DNA of 64,000 nt from an uncultured Gemmatimonadaceae bacterium (GTDB lineage Bacteria > Gemmatimonadota > Gemmatimonadetes > Gemmatimonadales > Gemmatimonadaceae): contig CAWHHI010000008.1 in assembly GCA_963829055.1 (NCBI GenBank), positions 288,001-352,000 on the forward strand, given 5' to 3'. The notes below the pieces were generated by a model. It had not been told where the DNA came from. It was given only the letters and a program-made list of their open reading frames with translations, and did no database searches. Shown one piece after another: positions 33,219 through 46,600 of the stretch. How positions within the stretch are numbered: the stretch's first letter is position 1; every line of letters starts with the position of its first letter. Position numbers and translations under genes: made by a program.

Positions 33219-33708
33219 ATGCGCCTCACGGTCAACGGCCGCATCTGCCAGCTCGACGTCGCCCCGGACGCCACGCTGCTCTCGGTTCTTCGGGACCAGC
33301 TTTATCTCACCGGCGCCAAGCCGTCGTGCGAGCGAGGCGAATGCGGTGCATGCACCGTGCTCGTCGCCGATCCCGACGGCAAGCCTGAGCCCGTCTACTC
33401 GCTGCCTCGCGCTCGCGCACGCCTACGAGGACGACTCCGTCACGACTATCGAAGGGCTCGCCGTCCGGCTCGGCGGCCTCATCCGGTGCAGGCCGCATTC
33501 ATCGAGCACGACGCCGTGCAGTGCGGGTTCTGCACGCCCGGACAGGTGCTCGCCGCAGTCGCGCTGCTTGCCGCGCGATCCCGACCCGTCGGACGAGGCG
33601 ATCGTGCAGGCCATGAGCGGCAACCTGTGTCGGTGCGGCACCTACCCGAAGATCGTTCGCGCGATCCACAGCGCCGCGTCGGCGATGCGAGGATCCAATG
33701 GCGATTGA
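33219..33708 (+). CDS. Mo-hydroxylase small (2Fe-2S) subunit, PaoA/YagT-like (frameshifted)
   Basis: [27 protein letters not shown]. Confidence 0.88.
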
Positions 33709-36134
33709 TACGCAGGGACACGCGTGACGCGCGGGCACGTTCCCCCGGCGGTTCGTCACGACCACGGTCGAGGTCGAGGGCCGCGAGGAGACGAAGGTCG
33801 TCGAGCTGCCCGAACACGAGCCGACGCCATGGGACGAGGACGCCGAGCTGCACATCGTCGGCCAGCGCGCGACCCGCGTGGATGCGCCGGAGAAGGTCGC
33901 GGCCGGGCTCGCTACACGGCGGACCTAACGCGTCCGCGGGCTGCTGCACGCCGCCATCCTTCGCTCGACGATCGCGCGCGGCGCGCGTGAGCCTCGACCT
34001 CGCGCCGGCGCGCGCCGTCGCCGGCGTCGTCGACGTCATTGGCAGCGCGGAGCTCGAGCGACGGATCCGACTCGCCGGCGGCGCGCTGTTCGACACGAGC
34101 GATTGCGTACGCGGGTCAGCCGCTCGCCGCGGTGTGTGCCGAGACCGCCGACGCCGCGTGGCGCGGCGTCGAGGCCATCGTCGCGCGCTACGAGCCGGAG
34201 CCGCACGTCGGGACCTTCGACGCCGCCGTGGCCGAGGGCGCGCCGACGGTGCGCCGATCGTCGAAGAAGCCTGCGTCCGACGACCCGGCGACGGTCGCCA
34301 AACCTGGCGCCCGGCGTCGCCGGACATCGTCGAGCGCGGCGACGTCACGCGCGGCCTGGCCGAGGCGGACGTCGTCGTTAGGCGCGAGTACCGCACGCCG
34401 GTGCAGCTGCACACGGCGCTCGAGCCGCACGGCGCCGTCGCCGAGTGGGACGGCGACCGGCTGACGATCTGGGAGTCGACGCAGGCGGTCTTCCGCGTTC
34501 GCGAGCAGGTCGCGCTCGGCCTCGGGATCAGCCAGTCGTCCGTGCGGGTCATCAAGGAGCACATGGGCGGCGGCTTCGGCGCGAAGACGTCGGCCGGCGC
34601 GCACACCTTCGTCGCGGCGATGCTCGCCCGTCGCACGGGTCGTCCGGTGCGCTGCGTCAACGACCGCGAGGCCGAACAGACCGACACCGGCAACCGTCCA
34701 TCGCACGGCAGCAGCGCGTCACGTTAGGCGCCCGGCGCGACGGCCGGCTCACCGCCATCGTCTGCGAGGCCGACGTGCCGCTCGGCATCGGCGGCTGGGA
34801 GGGCGGGCCGGCGGGCATGTTCCACGAGATGTACTCGTGTCCCAACGTGCGCACCGTGGAATCGCTTCGCCTGGGTGAACACGCCGGCGATGACGGCGTT
34901 CCGCGCGCCGGGCCACGTCGAGGGCGCGTTCGCGCTCGAGAGCGCAATGGATGCGCTCGCGCGCGAGCTCGGCATGGACCCGCTCGAGCTCCGCCGGGTC
35001 AACTTCGCCGAGCGCGACGAGAAGAAGGACCGGCCGTTCTCGAGCAACCGGCTGCGCGAGTGCTACGACCGCGGCGCCGCGACGGTTCGATTGGGACGCG
35101 CCGCGCGCGTCGAGCGGACGGTGGCGTCGCGGCAAGGGGATGGCGGCGCAGGTCTGGGGCGCGGGCGGCGGCCCACCCGCGTACGCGATCGTCAAGATCA
35201 ACGGCGACGGCTCGGCCGACGTGCTCACGGGCACGCAGGACCTCGGCACCGGCTCGCGGACGATCCTCGCGCAGATCGCCGCCGAGTCGTTAGGCGCGCG
35301 GCTCGCAGGACGTGCGCATCGTGCTCGGCGACACCGAGCGGACGCCGTACACGGGCCCATCGTGGGGATCGATGACGACGGCGTCGGTCGGCCCGGCGGT
35401 GCGCGTGTCGCGGCCGAGGATGCGCTGCGCCAACTGCTCGAGGCGGCGTCGGAGGTGCTCGACGTCCATCGTCACGGCTGACGACGCGACGGACAGCGTC
35501 ATCGCGACGGAGGACGGCACCGGCATCGATCACGTTCCGCTCGTTCTGCGACCGGCTCGGCGACGTCATGATCCTCGGACGCGGCGCGCGCGGCCCGAAT
35601 CCCGACAGGCGTCGGGCTGGCGAGCTTCGGCGCGCAGTTCGCCGAGGTCGAGGTCGACGTCGACACGGGCGTGGTTCGCGTGCTCCGCATCGTCGCGGTG
35701 CACGACGCGGGACGCATCATCAACCCGACGCTGGCCGAGAGCCAGGTCGAGGGCGGCATCATCCAGGGGCTCGGCTACGCGCTGTTCGAGGAGCGCGTGC
35801 TCGACCCGGCGACCGGCCGGCATGCTCAACGCGAACATGCACGACTACAAGATCCCGACGATCGGCGACGTGCCGCGGATCGACGTCGAGCTGCTGGACG
35901 TCGCCGGATCCGACGGCGAATCACACGGGCGCGCGCGGCCTCGCGGAGCCGCCGATCATCCCGACGGCGCCGGCGATCGCGAACGCGGTGGCGAACGCGA
36001 TCGGCGTCGAGGTGCACGAGCTCCCGCTGACGCCGTGGCGCGTGTTAGGCGCCTTCGTCATCCCGAGCGTAGAACCCTGTCATCCCGAGCGCAGGACCTT
36101 GTCATCCCGAGCGGCAGCGAGGGATCTCCTGTGA
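33698..36134 (+). CDS. Xanthine-dehydrogenase-family molybdopterin subunit, PaoC/YagR-like (frameshifted)
   Basis: GGGFGAK, TAFRAPGHVEG, TQDLGTG, QVEGGIIQGLG, GLAEPPIIPTA. Confidence 0.87.
36056..36130. repeat. Tandem GTCATCCCGAGCG REP-like units
   Basis: Three copies of GTCATCCCGAGCG ending in GAGGGATCTC. Confidence 0.75.
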
Positions 36135-36169
36135 TGCTCCGGTAGCCTGTTCGCACCACGAGTACAGTC

Positions 36170-36320
36170 GAACGCGCAGACTCCAACTACGCAACGCAGA
36201 CCGACACAGGCGGCCGCGACGCGGCGCATCGCAGACACACGCAGAAAACAGCCGCTCGGGACGCCGACGGTGCACCAGGCCTTGGCGAGGGACCGCATTG
36301 GGACGCATGAGAGGCTGCGA
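36170..36320. repeat. Partial copy of the 850-1111 repeat family
   Basis: ACGCAGAAAACAGCCGCTCGGGACGC shared with 904-929. Confidence 0.6.
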
Positions 36321-36352
36321 ACGTCCGCCGTCTTCACCCCCGCGCAACAACG

Positions 36353-36670
36353 CTAGCCCAACGCTCTCCACGGCGGCGGGTCGCCGCGCTTCCGCTTCAG
36401 CTCGGGGTTGTAGCGGTAGAACGTCGCCGTCTTGCCGATGACCTGCACGACCGTGGAGTCCGTTGCGGTCGCGAGCTCCGCCGCCGCTTCCTTCGCCGTG
36501 AGATCGACGTTGCGTCCGAGCTGGACCTTCACCAGCTCGTGTGTCCGCAGCGCGTCGTCGAGTGACTGAATGACCGTTGGACTCAGGCCGTGCTGGCCGA
36601 CGTGCACCAGGGCCGTGAGATGATGCGCTTCCGCGCGGAGCTCGGCGCGGTCGCGCCCGGACAGGGTCAT
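36353..36670 (-). CDS. yhbY: YhbY/CRM-domain RNA-binding protein
   Basis: LRAEAHHL, VGQHGL, HELVKV, QVIGKT. Confidence 0.9.
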   Translation of the reverse strand: MTLSGRDRAELRAEAHHLTALVHVGQHGLSPTVIQSLDDALRTHELVKVQLGRNVDLTAKEAAAELATATDSTVVQVIGKTATFYRYNPELKRKRGDPPPWRALG

Positions 36671-37230
36671 CGTGGTTCTCCGGTCTTCACGAAATAGGGC
36701 CGAGGGTCGAGGGCGTCACCGTCCCACCAGCGCGCGTCGAAGCGTGCGCGCATCAGCTGGAAATGTAGGTGCGGGGTGTCCGGAGGCGCGTTGCCCGTGG
36801 TGCCGACGTAGCCAATGACTTCGCCCTGCGTGAGCTTCGCGCCTTCGGTGAGCCCCGGCCGAAACGTATCGAGGTGCGCGTAGTAAAACATCCAGTGCCG
36901 CGCGCTGTCCGTCGCGTAGATGGACCGCCCGCCCGGGCCCGTTTCGCGGATGCGATAGACGTTGCCGTCCGCGACCGCCATGACAGGCGTCCCGCGCGCC
37001 GCGAGAAAATCGATTGCGCGGTGCGTGCGGTCCCCGCGGGCCGCGTTGAACGTGTCGGGCACGCGAGCAGGCGACACGCCCGCCACCGGTACCATCAGCG
37101 CTGGCGGCGCGTCGGCGGACGTGGGCGACGGTGGTGCCGGCGCTCGCGCCGGCCGGCTCGCGCAGCCCGCCGCGAAGAACAGCAGCGAGCAGGCGCAAGC
37201 CGGTACACCCGGTATCCGGCGAAGCCGCAA
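36667..37230 (-). CDS. M23 family metallopeptidase (probable lipoprotein)
   Basis: HRAIDF, YYAHLD, GTTGNA, PHLHF; AAGC lipobox-like motif. Confidence 0.88.
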   Translation of the reverse strand: MRLRRIPGVPACACSLLFFAAGCASRPARAPAPPSPTSADAPPALMVPVAGVSPARVPDTFNAARGDRTHRAIDFLAARGTPVMAVADGNVYRIRETGPGGRSIYATDSARHWMFYYAHLDTFRPGLTEGAKLTQGEVIGYVGTTGNAPPDTPHLHFQLMRARFDARWWDGDALDPRPYFVKTGEPR

Positions 37231-37245
37231 CGACTGCCTAACGAT

Positions 37246-37927
37246 CTACCCCGCGTAGCAGTACGTGCATTTTCCCTTCTCCTGCGCGCGGTGCACGGCG
37301 AGCACGCCGGACGGTACGAGGGTGAACCCGGGGATGAGCCCCTTCTCCATCTCCGCCTTCGCCGCGTCCGCGGTCATCCCCAGTTTCTGTCGCCAGGATT
37401 CCGCTGATGACGGTGTGCGCCACGTTGCACACGACGAACGTCACACCGCGGTCCTGCAGCTTCTCGATCGCCATCCCGGGGAATGGAACGTCGCCAGCCT
37501 TGGAGTGGAAGAAAATGTTTCGCGTGGCAGGCGCCTTCGTGGCCGGGTCCGTGATGCTGACGAACTCGCCGAGCTTGTACTTCGCCCAGATGGCGTCGTT
37601 ATACGCCATGGGGATCGAGAAGTGACGCAAGCCGATCACCGCGTTCAGATCCTTGTCGGTCCCGCCGTACGTCGACTTCATCGTGTCCAGCCAATTCATC
37701 GCATAGCCGAGAACCCACCCCGAATTCACGGCGGTCGCGTCGAAGTACTGGCGGTTCTTCCCTTTGAGATTGTCCAGCCACTTGTCGTCGAACGGCGAGC
37801 TTGGCAGCAGCGAGTCGGCATGCAACAGCGCGGGCGCTGCCAACAGCGCGACGGTGCTGGCGCCGACCTGCGTGAGAAATCCGCGGCGCGCGCTGTCGTT
37901 GGGGGAGTCGGAATCGTGGGTACTCAT
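37246..37927 (-). CDS. Tat-exported hypothetical protein, possibly DsrE-like fold (frameshift near C-terminus)
   Basis: Twin-arginine motif SARRGFL; RGVTFVVCNVA. Confidence 0.65.
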
Positions 37928-38138
37928 GGCTGCTTTCTCCTTCCGAGGGGTGCGGTCGATGGTCCTGACGGCGACGCCCGGACCTCTCGACCCGGTATGA
38001 CGATACGGGTTCTGGGCTGAGACGCAACTGCCCAATCGGCGATCGGATGTCGGCAGAAAAAAGCCGACACCGACGCCGCCGATACCTAATCGCCAAACCG
38101 GGCTGGAAGCGGACACGCCGTTCGTCGCTGGCCGCTCC

Positions 38139-39477
<1,339 letters not shown>

Positions 39478-39483
39478 TTGTCT

Positions 39484-39568
39484 GACTCCCTACGCCGGTG
39501 CGAACCGGATCAGGTTCAACGGGACTCTCTCAGCCGTATGACTCCGAATGAGCCATGGCACCCCGGTC
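39484..39568 (-). promoter_or_regulatory. TPP riboswitch
   Basis: Minus strand GGGGTGCC...GGCTGAGA...CCCGTTGAACCTGATCCGG...CCGGCGTAGGGAG immediately upstream of thiC. Confidence 0.95.
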
Positions 39569-39606
39569 AGCGGCGAATACTAGCAGCACGGTTGCTACAA
39601 CTACTA

Positions 39607-40277
39607 GCTGGTGGCTGGGTGCTCGTGCTTGTTGCTGGGTGACGCTGGGTGCGGCGGCGATACGGATCGTACGCGCGACGCCGTGATGACGGTTCGACGA
39701 CGCCGCCTGCGTACACTCAGGCATGGAAGAACCCGAAGGACTTCTCGAGTGGGCAGTCAGCGTCCCGGACGTCATGCGCGACGATCCGATCTGGCGACTA
39801 CCAGCCTATCGGTACGCGCTGTTCCTCGGAGATCTCGTGCAGAACGATGCCCCGGCGATACAGCGCGACCCTCGAACACGGCGTCATCTCGACCAGCTAC
39901 TCGACGCCGTTGGGATCGATCAGCGCGAATATCGCCGAGGGTTACTCGCGAACGACGGGGCCAGAGCGGGCGAAGTTCTTCGAGTATGCACACAGCTCAG
40001 CGCGCGAAGCCAGGGACTGGCTATTCAAGGTGCGGCATGCGCTGGACCCTAACGTGGCAACCGCGCGTATACAGCTCGCAACACGGATCATGAAAATCCT
40101 GACGGTCGCGATTCCACGCGAACGAGCGGACCCAGAATCTCGCGCGCGCCGATGGGAGCGACGCCCGCCCGCGTCGGGCGAAGCGCCCGAGCCGCCGGCG
40201 ACCGGGACCTGACGCGAGTTGTGTGTCGCCCTCACCCAGCGTCACCCAGCAACAAGCACGAGCACCCAGCCACCAGC
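39607..40277. mobile_element. Putative small mobile cassette: four-helix-bundle gene inside perfect 45-bp terminal inverted repeats
   Basis: 39607-39651 is the exact reverse complement of 40233-40277. Confidence 0.6.
39723..40212 (+). CDS. Four-helix-bundle protein (23S IVS protein/Avd-like; one frameshift near 39913)
   Basis: DQLLDAV(G)SISANIAEGYSR...FFEYAHSSAREARDW. Confidence 0.88.
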
Positions 40278-40290
40278 CCCGCCGTTGTCG

Positions 40291-41260
40291 TTAGGCAGCG
40301 ACCTCAGCCTGCAGCGGAAATCCATGCTGCTTCCGTCCGATATCGGCCTCATGCTTCGCCGTCGTCTTGTACAGCTCGAATCGTCCGTCGGCCGCGAGAC
40401 CGGCAACCCGCGCACGCAGCGCCTGCCATTTCGTCGTCCGACATCGGAACAAAGCCCGCAGCGATGCGCACGTTCTGACGCAGCACGCGCATCGAGTCGA
40501 TGCCGCTTACCGTCGTCGTCACCGGGAGACTCATCGCGTAGCGTAGCGCCTCCTCGGCCGTCACGACGCGTTTGCGGACTGCGTCGCCCTCGCCGCCCAT
40601 GCTCTTCATGCCGAGGATCGCGAGGCCCTGGCGTCTCGCTTCCGGCAACACCGCCTGCTCGAACGAACGGAACGACGCGTCGAAGCAGTTGAGCGGCATC
40701 TGCACCGAGTCGAACGGGAAGCCGTGCGACAGCATCTCCAGATGGATCTCCGGCAGTTTGTGTCCGGTAAAGCCCACGTAGCGCACGAGCCCGCGCTCCT
40801 TCGCTTCAACGAGCGCCTCGATCACACCGCCTGACGCGAAGTGGTGCTCGGGATCGTTAGGGTACACGCACTCGTGTACCTGCCAGAGATCGAGGTGGTC
40901 GGTCTTGAGGCGCTTGAGGCTTTGCGTCAGCTGGCGCATGGCGACTTTGCGGTCGCGGCCGTGGGTGCAGACTTTCGTCATGAGGAAGACCTGGTCACGA
41001 CGATCGACCAGCGCCTTCCCCATGATCTCCTCGCTCTCGCCCTCGTTGTACTCCCACGCGTTGTCCATGAACGTGATGCCGCGATCGATCGCCGCGTGCA
41101 CGATCCGGATCGCCTCGCGCTGGTTGCCCACGACCCCGAGATGATAGCCGCCGAGTGCGAGGGCGCTGACGGTTTCGGCCGCGCGACCGAAGGGGCGCTT
41201 GGGAATCTCACCGTCACTGGCGCGCGGGACGCTCGTCCGGCGCGATTTCGTCGTAGGCAT
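40291..41260 (-). CDS. Aldo/keto reductase (frameshift near C-terminus)
   Basis: LALGGYH, FMDNAWEY, FLMTK, SLKRLKTDHLDLWQVH. Confidence 0.92.
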
Positions 41261-41338
41261 GGCGGTCCTGGCAGCTGGAGGGCAGGTCGAAGACTGTGAT
41301 CCAGGTCGCAGGAACTGCGCCGACGGGCGCGTGCCCGT

Positions 41339-41498
41339 GTGTCATTCCGAGCGGTGTTGTCATTCCGAGCGGAGGGCCGAAGGCGCGCGGGTGCCCTCGG
41401 GCGCATGAGGAATCCTCGGCGTCCCGGTAGAGAGCCCTCTACCCGTTATGGTCTCGATTCCTCGACTCCGCCGCTGCGCGGCTCCGCTCGGAATGACA
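41339..41498. repeat. REP-like palindrome GTCATTCCGAGCG...CGCTCGGAATGAC
   Basis: Inverted ends with internal GAGGAATC/GATTCCTC stem. Confidence 0.8.
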
Positions 41499-41569
41499 AC
41501 ACGACACGGACTGGAAACCAATGCCAGGGTCCGGTGTACGATCAACCAACCAAGAACCTTACGGACCCC

Positions 41570-42061
41570 ATGACTATGACCTCCTTGCTTCGTTCGAGTC
41601 GTTCCCTGCTCGGTGCTCTCGCGTTGCTGCCATTGCTCGCAGCGTGTGACAGCGTCACCGGCACCGATGATCTCAGTCGCGCGCAGTCCGAGCTCGACCG
41701 CAACTGGAATCGCTTCGAGAGCTCAGCACCGTTGAGCTACTCGTACACTGTGCGCGTCAACTGCGAATGCCCCTCCGAGATCACGCGCCCGGTGGTGGTG
41801 TGGGTCGATCGCGGATCGATCGAGTATCAGTACTACGAGGACACGGGGCGCCCGGTCCCGCTCTCGATCTCGAACTCGTTCCCGAGCGCCGAGCAGCTCT
41901 TCGACGCGATTCAGGATGGCATCGACCGCCGCGCCGACAACATCGACGTGCAGTACGACTTCACGTACGGCTATCCGACGAGCGTCTACATCGACTATGA
42001 CCGCCGCGTGTCGGATGAGGAGCTCTCGTTGACGACGCGCGGGTTGACGCGCTGGGACTGA
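41570..42061 (+). CDS. Hypothetical lipoprotein (DUF6174-like)
   Basis: Lipobox LLAAC; YSYTVRVNCEC; YDFTYGYPTSVYID...DEE. Confidence 0.75.
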   Translation: MTMTSLLRSSRSLLGALALLPLLAACDSVTGTDDLSRAQSELDRNWNRFESSAPLSYSYTVRVNCECPSEITRPVVVWVDRGSIEYQYYEDTGRPVPLSISNSFPSAEQLFDAIQDGIDRRADNIDVQYDFTYGYPTSVYIDYDRRVSDEELSLTTRGLTRWD

Positions 42062-42068
42062 GCGAGTC

Positions 42069-42195
42069 GATTCCGAGCGGAGGACCGAGGGACGGGAGTC
42101 GAGGAATCGCGATCTCCCGCAGAGGGGCCCTCTACCGCGTATGATCGCGATTCCTCGACTCCCCGGTCCTCCGGTCCCCAGTCCCCGGAATGACC
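42069..42195. repeat. Second, directly oriented copy of the 41339 palindromic element
   Basis: ATTCCGAGCGGAGG...GAGGAATC...GCCCTCTACC...GATTCCTCGACTCC...CGGAATGAC. Confidence 0.78.
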
Positions 42196-42199
42196 CGCG

Positions 42200-43634
42200 T
42201 TAGGCAGCCCTGTCGATACACGCCGGCCGGCTGTTCAGCGCCGGGTTGTTCTCCTCGGCCTGCGGGACCGGCAGGTTCACGTCAGCACCGTAGTTACCGC
42301 CCCGGTAGTGCTCGCCCACCGGGAAGACCTGGTCCGCCGTCCGACCGTACTGGCGGATCAGCCGGCGCATGTCACCCAGCCGCTGGCCGCGGCTGAACGT
42401 CCAGAACGCCTTCTCGCGGAAGTAGAGATCCTCCGCCAGCTTCTGCGTCGCCGGAACCGCCAGCGCCGCCATCGCCGTGGGCTGGATCTCCCCGAGCTTC
42501 GGTGGCGTTGCGCGCAGGGCGTTGAGGATCGTCATCGTCCCCACGATGTCGCCCGCCTTGAGCCGCCCCTCCGCCTCGATCAGCCGCGCGTCGAGCCCGT
42601 TCACGACGGGCACGGGCGTTAGGCGGCCCCAGAGCGTCGTCGTCCGCGCGAACGTCTTCCCGTCCTGCGACTTCGTCGTGTCACGCCCATTGGACGCGAG
42701 CACGTACTGCGCGGGAACGCGCGGATCCTTCGCCGACACGAACGGGATCGCGTTTCGCACGAGCAGGTTCCGTGCGTTCCCCTCGAGACTGTCGCCAACC
42801 GCATACCGCAGCTGGCTGTTCGGTTGGCTCCAGAGAATGTTGCTGCCCGACGTCACCGCGAACGTGACCTCGTAGCTGAAGCTCGTCGGCACGGCGGTCG
42901 TCGGTACGAGCGCGGCCGCCTCCGCCTGCCGATTCAGTCCAACGAGTGCACGAGCTTTCGTCACCAGCAACGCGCGACGGATCTTCGTCCCGTCCGCATC
43001 CGTCGCGGTCTGCACGAGGGCGAGCCCCGAATCCGCGGACGCAATGGCCACCTGGAACACCTCGGCCCCGGTGCGCGGTGTGTCGTACTCGATCTCGGCG
43101 TTACTGCCATTGGTCAGCGGAATGCCGTTACAGAAGTCGCTCGCCATCTGCATCTCCGCGAACGCGCGAGCGAAGTACAGCTCGGCGATGCGCGCGACCT
43201 CCGTCGGACGGAACTCGTTCATCGACTTGATCGCCTGCGTCGACGACGTGCGGACGCGCGCCAGGTCGCGGAACATGCCCTCCACGGTGCCGTTGTTCGT
43301 CTGGGTGGAACGCTGATCCGTCTCGTCGTTCTGCACGAACGTCGAGCTCGTGGACCACTCGTCCGCGAGCAAACCGCCGAACAACCAACTGCTCCCCTCT
43401 CCGTTGGATCCGCGCAGTCGCCTGACGAAGACGTCCGAGCGCGCCGAAGTAGAGCGCCTGCGCGCCCTCGATGGAGTTCACCGCGATCGGATCGATGATG
43501 TCGGGGTCGGTCGCTTCGAGAAGCGAGTCCTTCGTGCCACAGGCAACGAGCCCGCCCATCAGCGGGAGGACGGCTACGGCCACGGCTCCGACGGCGTTCC
43601 GGAGCCGGCCGCTCAACGCGATTGTATTCATCAT
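42200..43634 (-). CDS. SusD/RagB-like lipoprotein 1 (frameshift near 43400)
   Basis: Lipobox LVAC, ARLIEAE, FREKAFW...GQRLGDMRR; follows the SusC-like gene. Confidence 0.85.
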
Positions 43635-43659
43635 GGGTCGATTGAGTCGTCGTTAGGCG

Positions 43660-46600
43660 TCAGAAGCCGAGGGACATGCGGAGGATGTAGTACGACGCCG
43701 GGCCGGCCGTCTGAAAATCCGACGGGACGTCGCGCGTCGTCGTGCTCGTGACCAGATAGTCGTTCTCCGGATCGAGCCCGCGGTACTTGGTCCAGGTCCC
43801 GAGGTTGCGCGCCGTGACGATGATGTCCGCGCTGCGGGCGCGCAGCAGGTTCGCGAACCGCGGTGCCAGCGCATACCGCATCGTGACCTCGCGCAGCTTG
43901 AGGAACGTGCCGTCCTGCATGAAGCCGTCGAGCGTCTTCGCGGGGTGGTTGAGGTGCGCCACCGCCATCGCCTGCTCCTCGAACGACGCGTCAGGGTTCA
44001 TCATGCCGTTGCAGTTCTGACGGCTCGCACAGCGAATGCGCTCGGTGTTGTTGTACGCCTTGTAGCCACCGCGATAATCCAGTAGCGCCTGCAGCCGCAG
44101 CCGGCGGCTGAACAGGTCGACGCCGTTCGTGAGCGTGACGATGTTCCTCGGCTGCGTATAGCCGCGGAACACGGCCGAGTCGCCGACGAAAACCTCGCAC
44201 GCGGCCGTGTCGTCCTTCGAGTAAGGTCCGCAGCCAGTGGCCGTCAGGATGCCGTCGTTGTTCTTGTCGTTCCAGCCCGTGATGGGACGCGCCCACCAAC
44301 CGAACATCGGATAGCCCTGAACGACGCGCGTCTCGACGTTGATCTGCTGCGGCGTGCCGCCGAGATCGAGCAGCTTGTTCCGGTTCGTCGACGCATTGAG
44401 CGTCACGTCCCAGGCGAACGTCCGGCGATTCAACACCTGCGCGTTCCCGAGGAACTCGAGACCCTGGTTCATCGTGGCGCCCAGGTTGCGGCGTACGGTC
44501 GTGCCGGCCTCGTTGTTCTGTCCGCCCACGCCGGCGGATGGCGCGACGATCGCGCTGATCAGCGCGTCCTGCGTCTTCTTGTGATAGAACGTCAGGTCGA
44601 GGCTGAGCCGGTTGTTCGCGAGCTTCGTCTCGAATCCCGCCTCGAACTCGGTGGACTTCTCGGGCTTGAGCGCGGTGTTGCCGAGCAGGTTGTAGCGCAC
44701 GCCCGGCTGGTCGGTCGAGAGAATGTTCACCGGGTTCGCCTCGAACGTGCGCAGCGCGTCGTTAGGTCCGGGCTGTACGCCCGACGCGCCGTAGGCCGAG
44801 CGGAGCCGGAGCGAGTTGAGCCACGAGAGCTGCGGGAAGAAGCTCTCGTCGGAAAGAATCCACGAGATGCCCGCCTTCGGATACCAGACGCTCTGGAAGT
44901 CCGTCCCGAACGCGCTGTTCTGGTCGGAGCGAACGGCGGCGGTCACGAACAGCCGATCGTTGAAGCCCAGCGCCTCTTCCGCGAAGAAGCCGAGCGTCTT
45001 CTGCAGCGTCGTCGCGCTTGCCGCGTTAGGCTCGGCGCCTGCGGCCGGCGTCTGCGTGCCAGGCGGCAGGTTGGTGCCCTCGCCGGCATTCTGGCTGGAG
45101 CTGTAGTTCACGTATTGCACGCCCGCCGTCGTCTTGGCGTTCAGCCATGGCCGTGGGTTGAACGATCCAGTGCTCGACAGGTTCGCGGTGAGGTTTCGGA
45201 TGTTCGTGCGTCCCTCACCAGCGAAGCCGAGCCGGTAGGTGGAGTTCAGCGGTGGCGCCTCGCCACGATAGCGCAGATCGACGTCCGCGCGATCCGTGAA
45301 GTCGTTTCCGATGGTGACGCGCGTCTGGTTCCAGCTGAAGGGCCGGTAGTTCGCGTCGCCGGACAGGATGAAGCGGTTCACGCCCTGCTCGACCTTCTCC
45401 TGCCACGTGTACCCCGGCGTCCAGGCGCGATAGCCGTTGCACGGCGTCGCGGGCGTCACGGCTACGTTGCAGTTGTCCTTGTAGCCCGGGCCGCCGAACA
45501 GGTGCGAGCCCAGTCCCGCTGTCGCGTTCGACTCGAGTGTGTAGCGCTGATTCAGGTTGATGTACCCGCTCGACACGGCGAGGTCGAGCTTCGGGCCTAA
45601 CGAGGCGCCGACGTTCGCGCGGATGCTGTTCTTGCCGAGCGTGTTCGGGCGGTCCGTCCAGTCGTGGAGCGGGATTCCCTGCTCCTTGAACCGACGCCGC
45701 TCGAAATCCGGAAGCTCCAGCGTGCCGACTTCCTCCTCGCGCTCAGCGGAGACGAAGTACCGGATCGCGTCGGATCCGGCCGACACCTGCGCGCCTGCCT
45801 GCCAGCGGTTGCCGCTCCCGATCGGCGTCGCATCCGGATCATGCGCCGGCGCGTAGACGCGCAGGCTGTCGAACGCACAGCTGCCCGCCGACACCTGCGG
45901 AAGCGTGCATTCGCGATACGCGGTCGATCCCGGCGAGTGGCCAGCGAGCGTGTAGTTCCACGGATACGTGTTGCGGTCTTCGAGATAGCCGCCTTCACCG
46001 TAGACATTCCAGCGTGGCGCGCCGGCGCGGCCCTTCTTGGTCGTGATCACGATGACGCCGTTCGCGGCGTCGGTGCCGTACAGCGTCGCGGCCGACGGCC
46101 CCTTCACGACCTCGATGTTCTCGATCTCCTCGGGATTGATATCGCCGACGCGGCTGGCGTTACCACCGCCGGTGCCGTAGCGGTTGCTCCCAATGTCGCT
46201 CGTCATGCGGATGCCATCGATCACGTAGATCGGATCGTTGGACAGGTTGAGCGAGTTCTGGCCGCGGATACGCACACGCGAGCCCGTGCCCGTCTGCGTC
46301 CCCGTCTGCACCGCGACGCCCGCGGTCCGCGAGTTGATCAGGTCGTCCACACTGCGAACCGGTGCCTCGTCGACGACCTTCGCCGCATCGATCTGCGCGA
46401 CCGAGTTGCCGATCTCGACGCGGCGCTGTTCGCCGGTAGCGGTGGTTACGACCGGCGCCAGGCTGACCGCTACCGCCCCGAGCGCGAAGTCGACGGTCGC
46501 TTCCTCATTGGCCACGACGGTGACCTGCTTCTTCTGCTCCGCGTAGCCGACGCGAAGCACACGGACCTGCTGGACTTGAGGCACGACGCCACGAATGAGT

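Noticed and set aside
33698..36134. Second molybdopterin enzyme as another CO dehydrogenase
   Set aside because: Active-site loop is AFRAPG, not AYXCSFR; it is PaoC/YagR-like
39723..40212. Four-helix protein as Avd of a diversity-generating retroelement
   Set aside because: No reverse transcriptase or TR/VR pair with adenine-specific mismatches in the window; the coxL duplicate mismatches are not adenine-restricted
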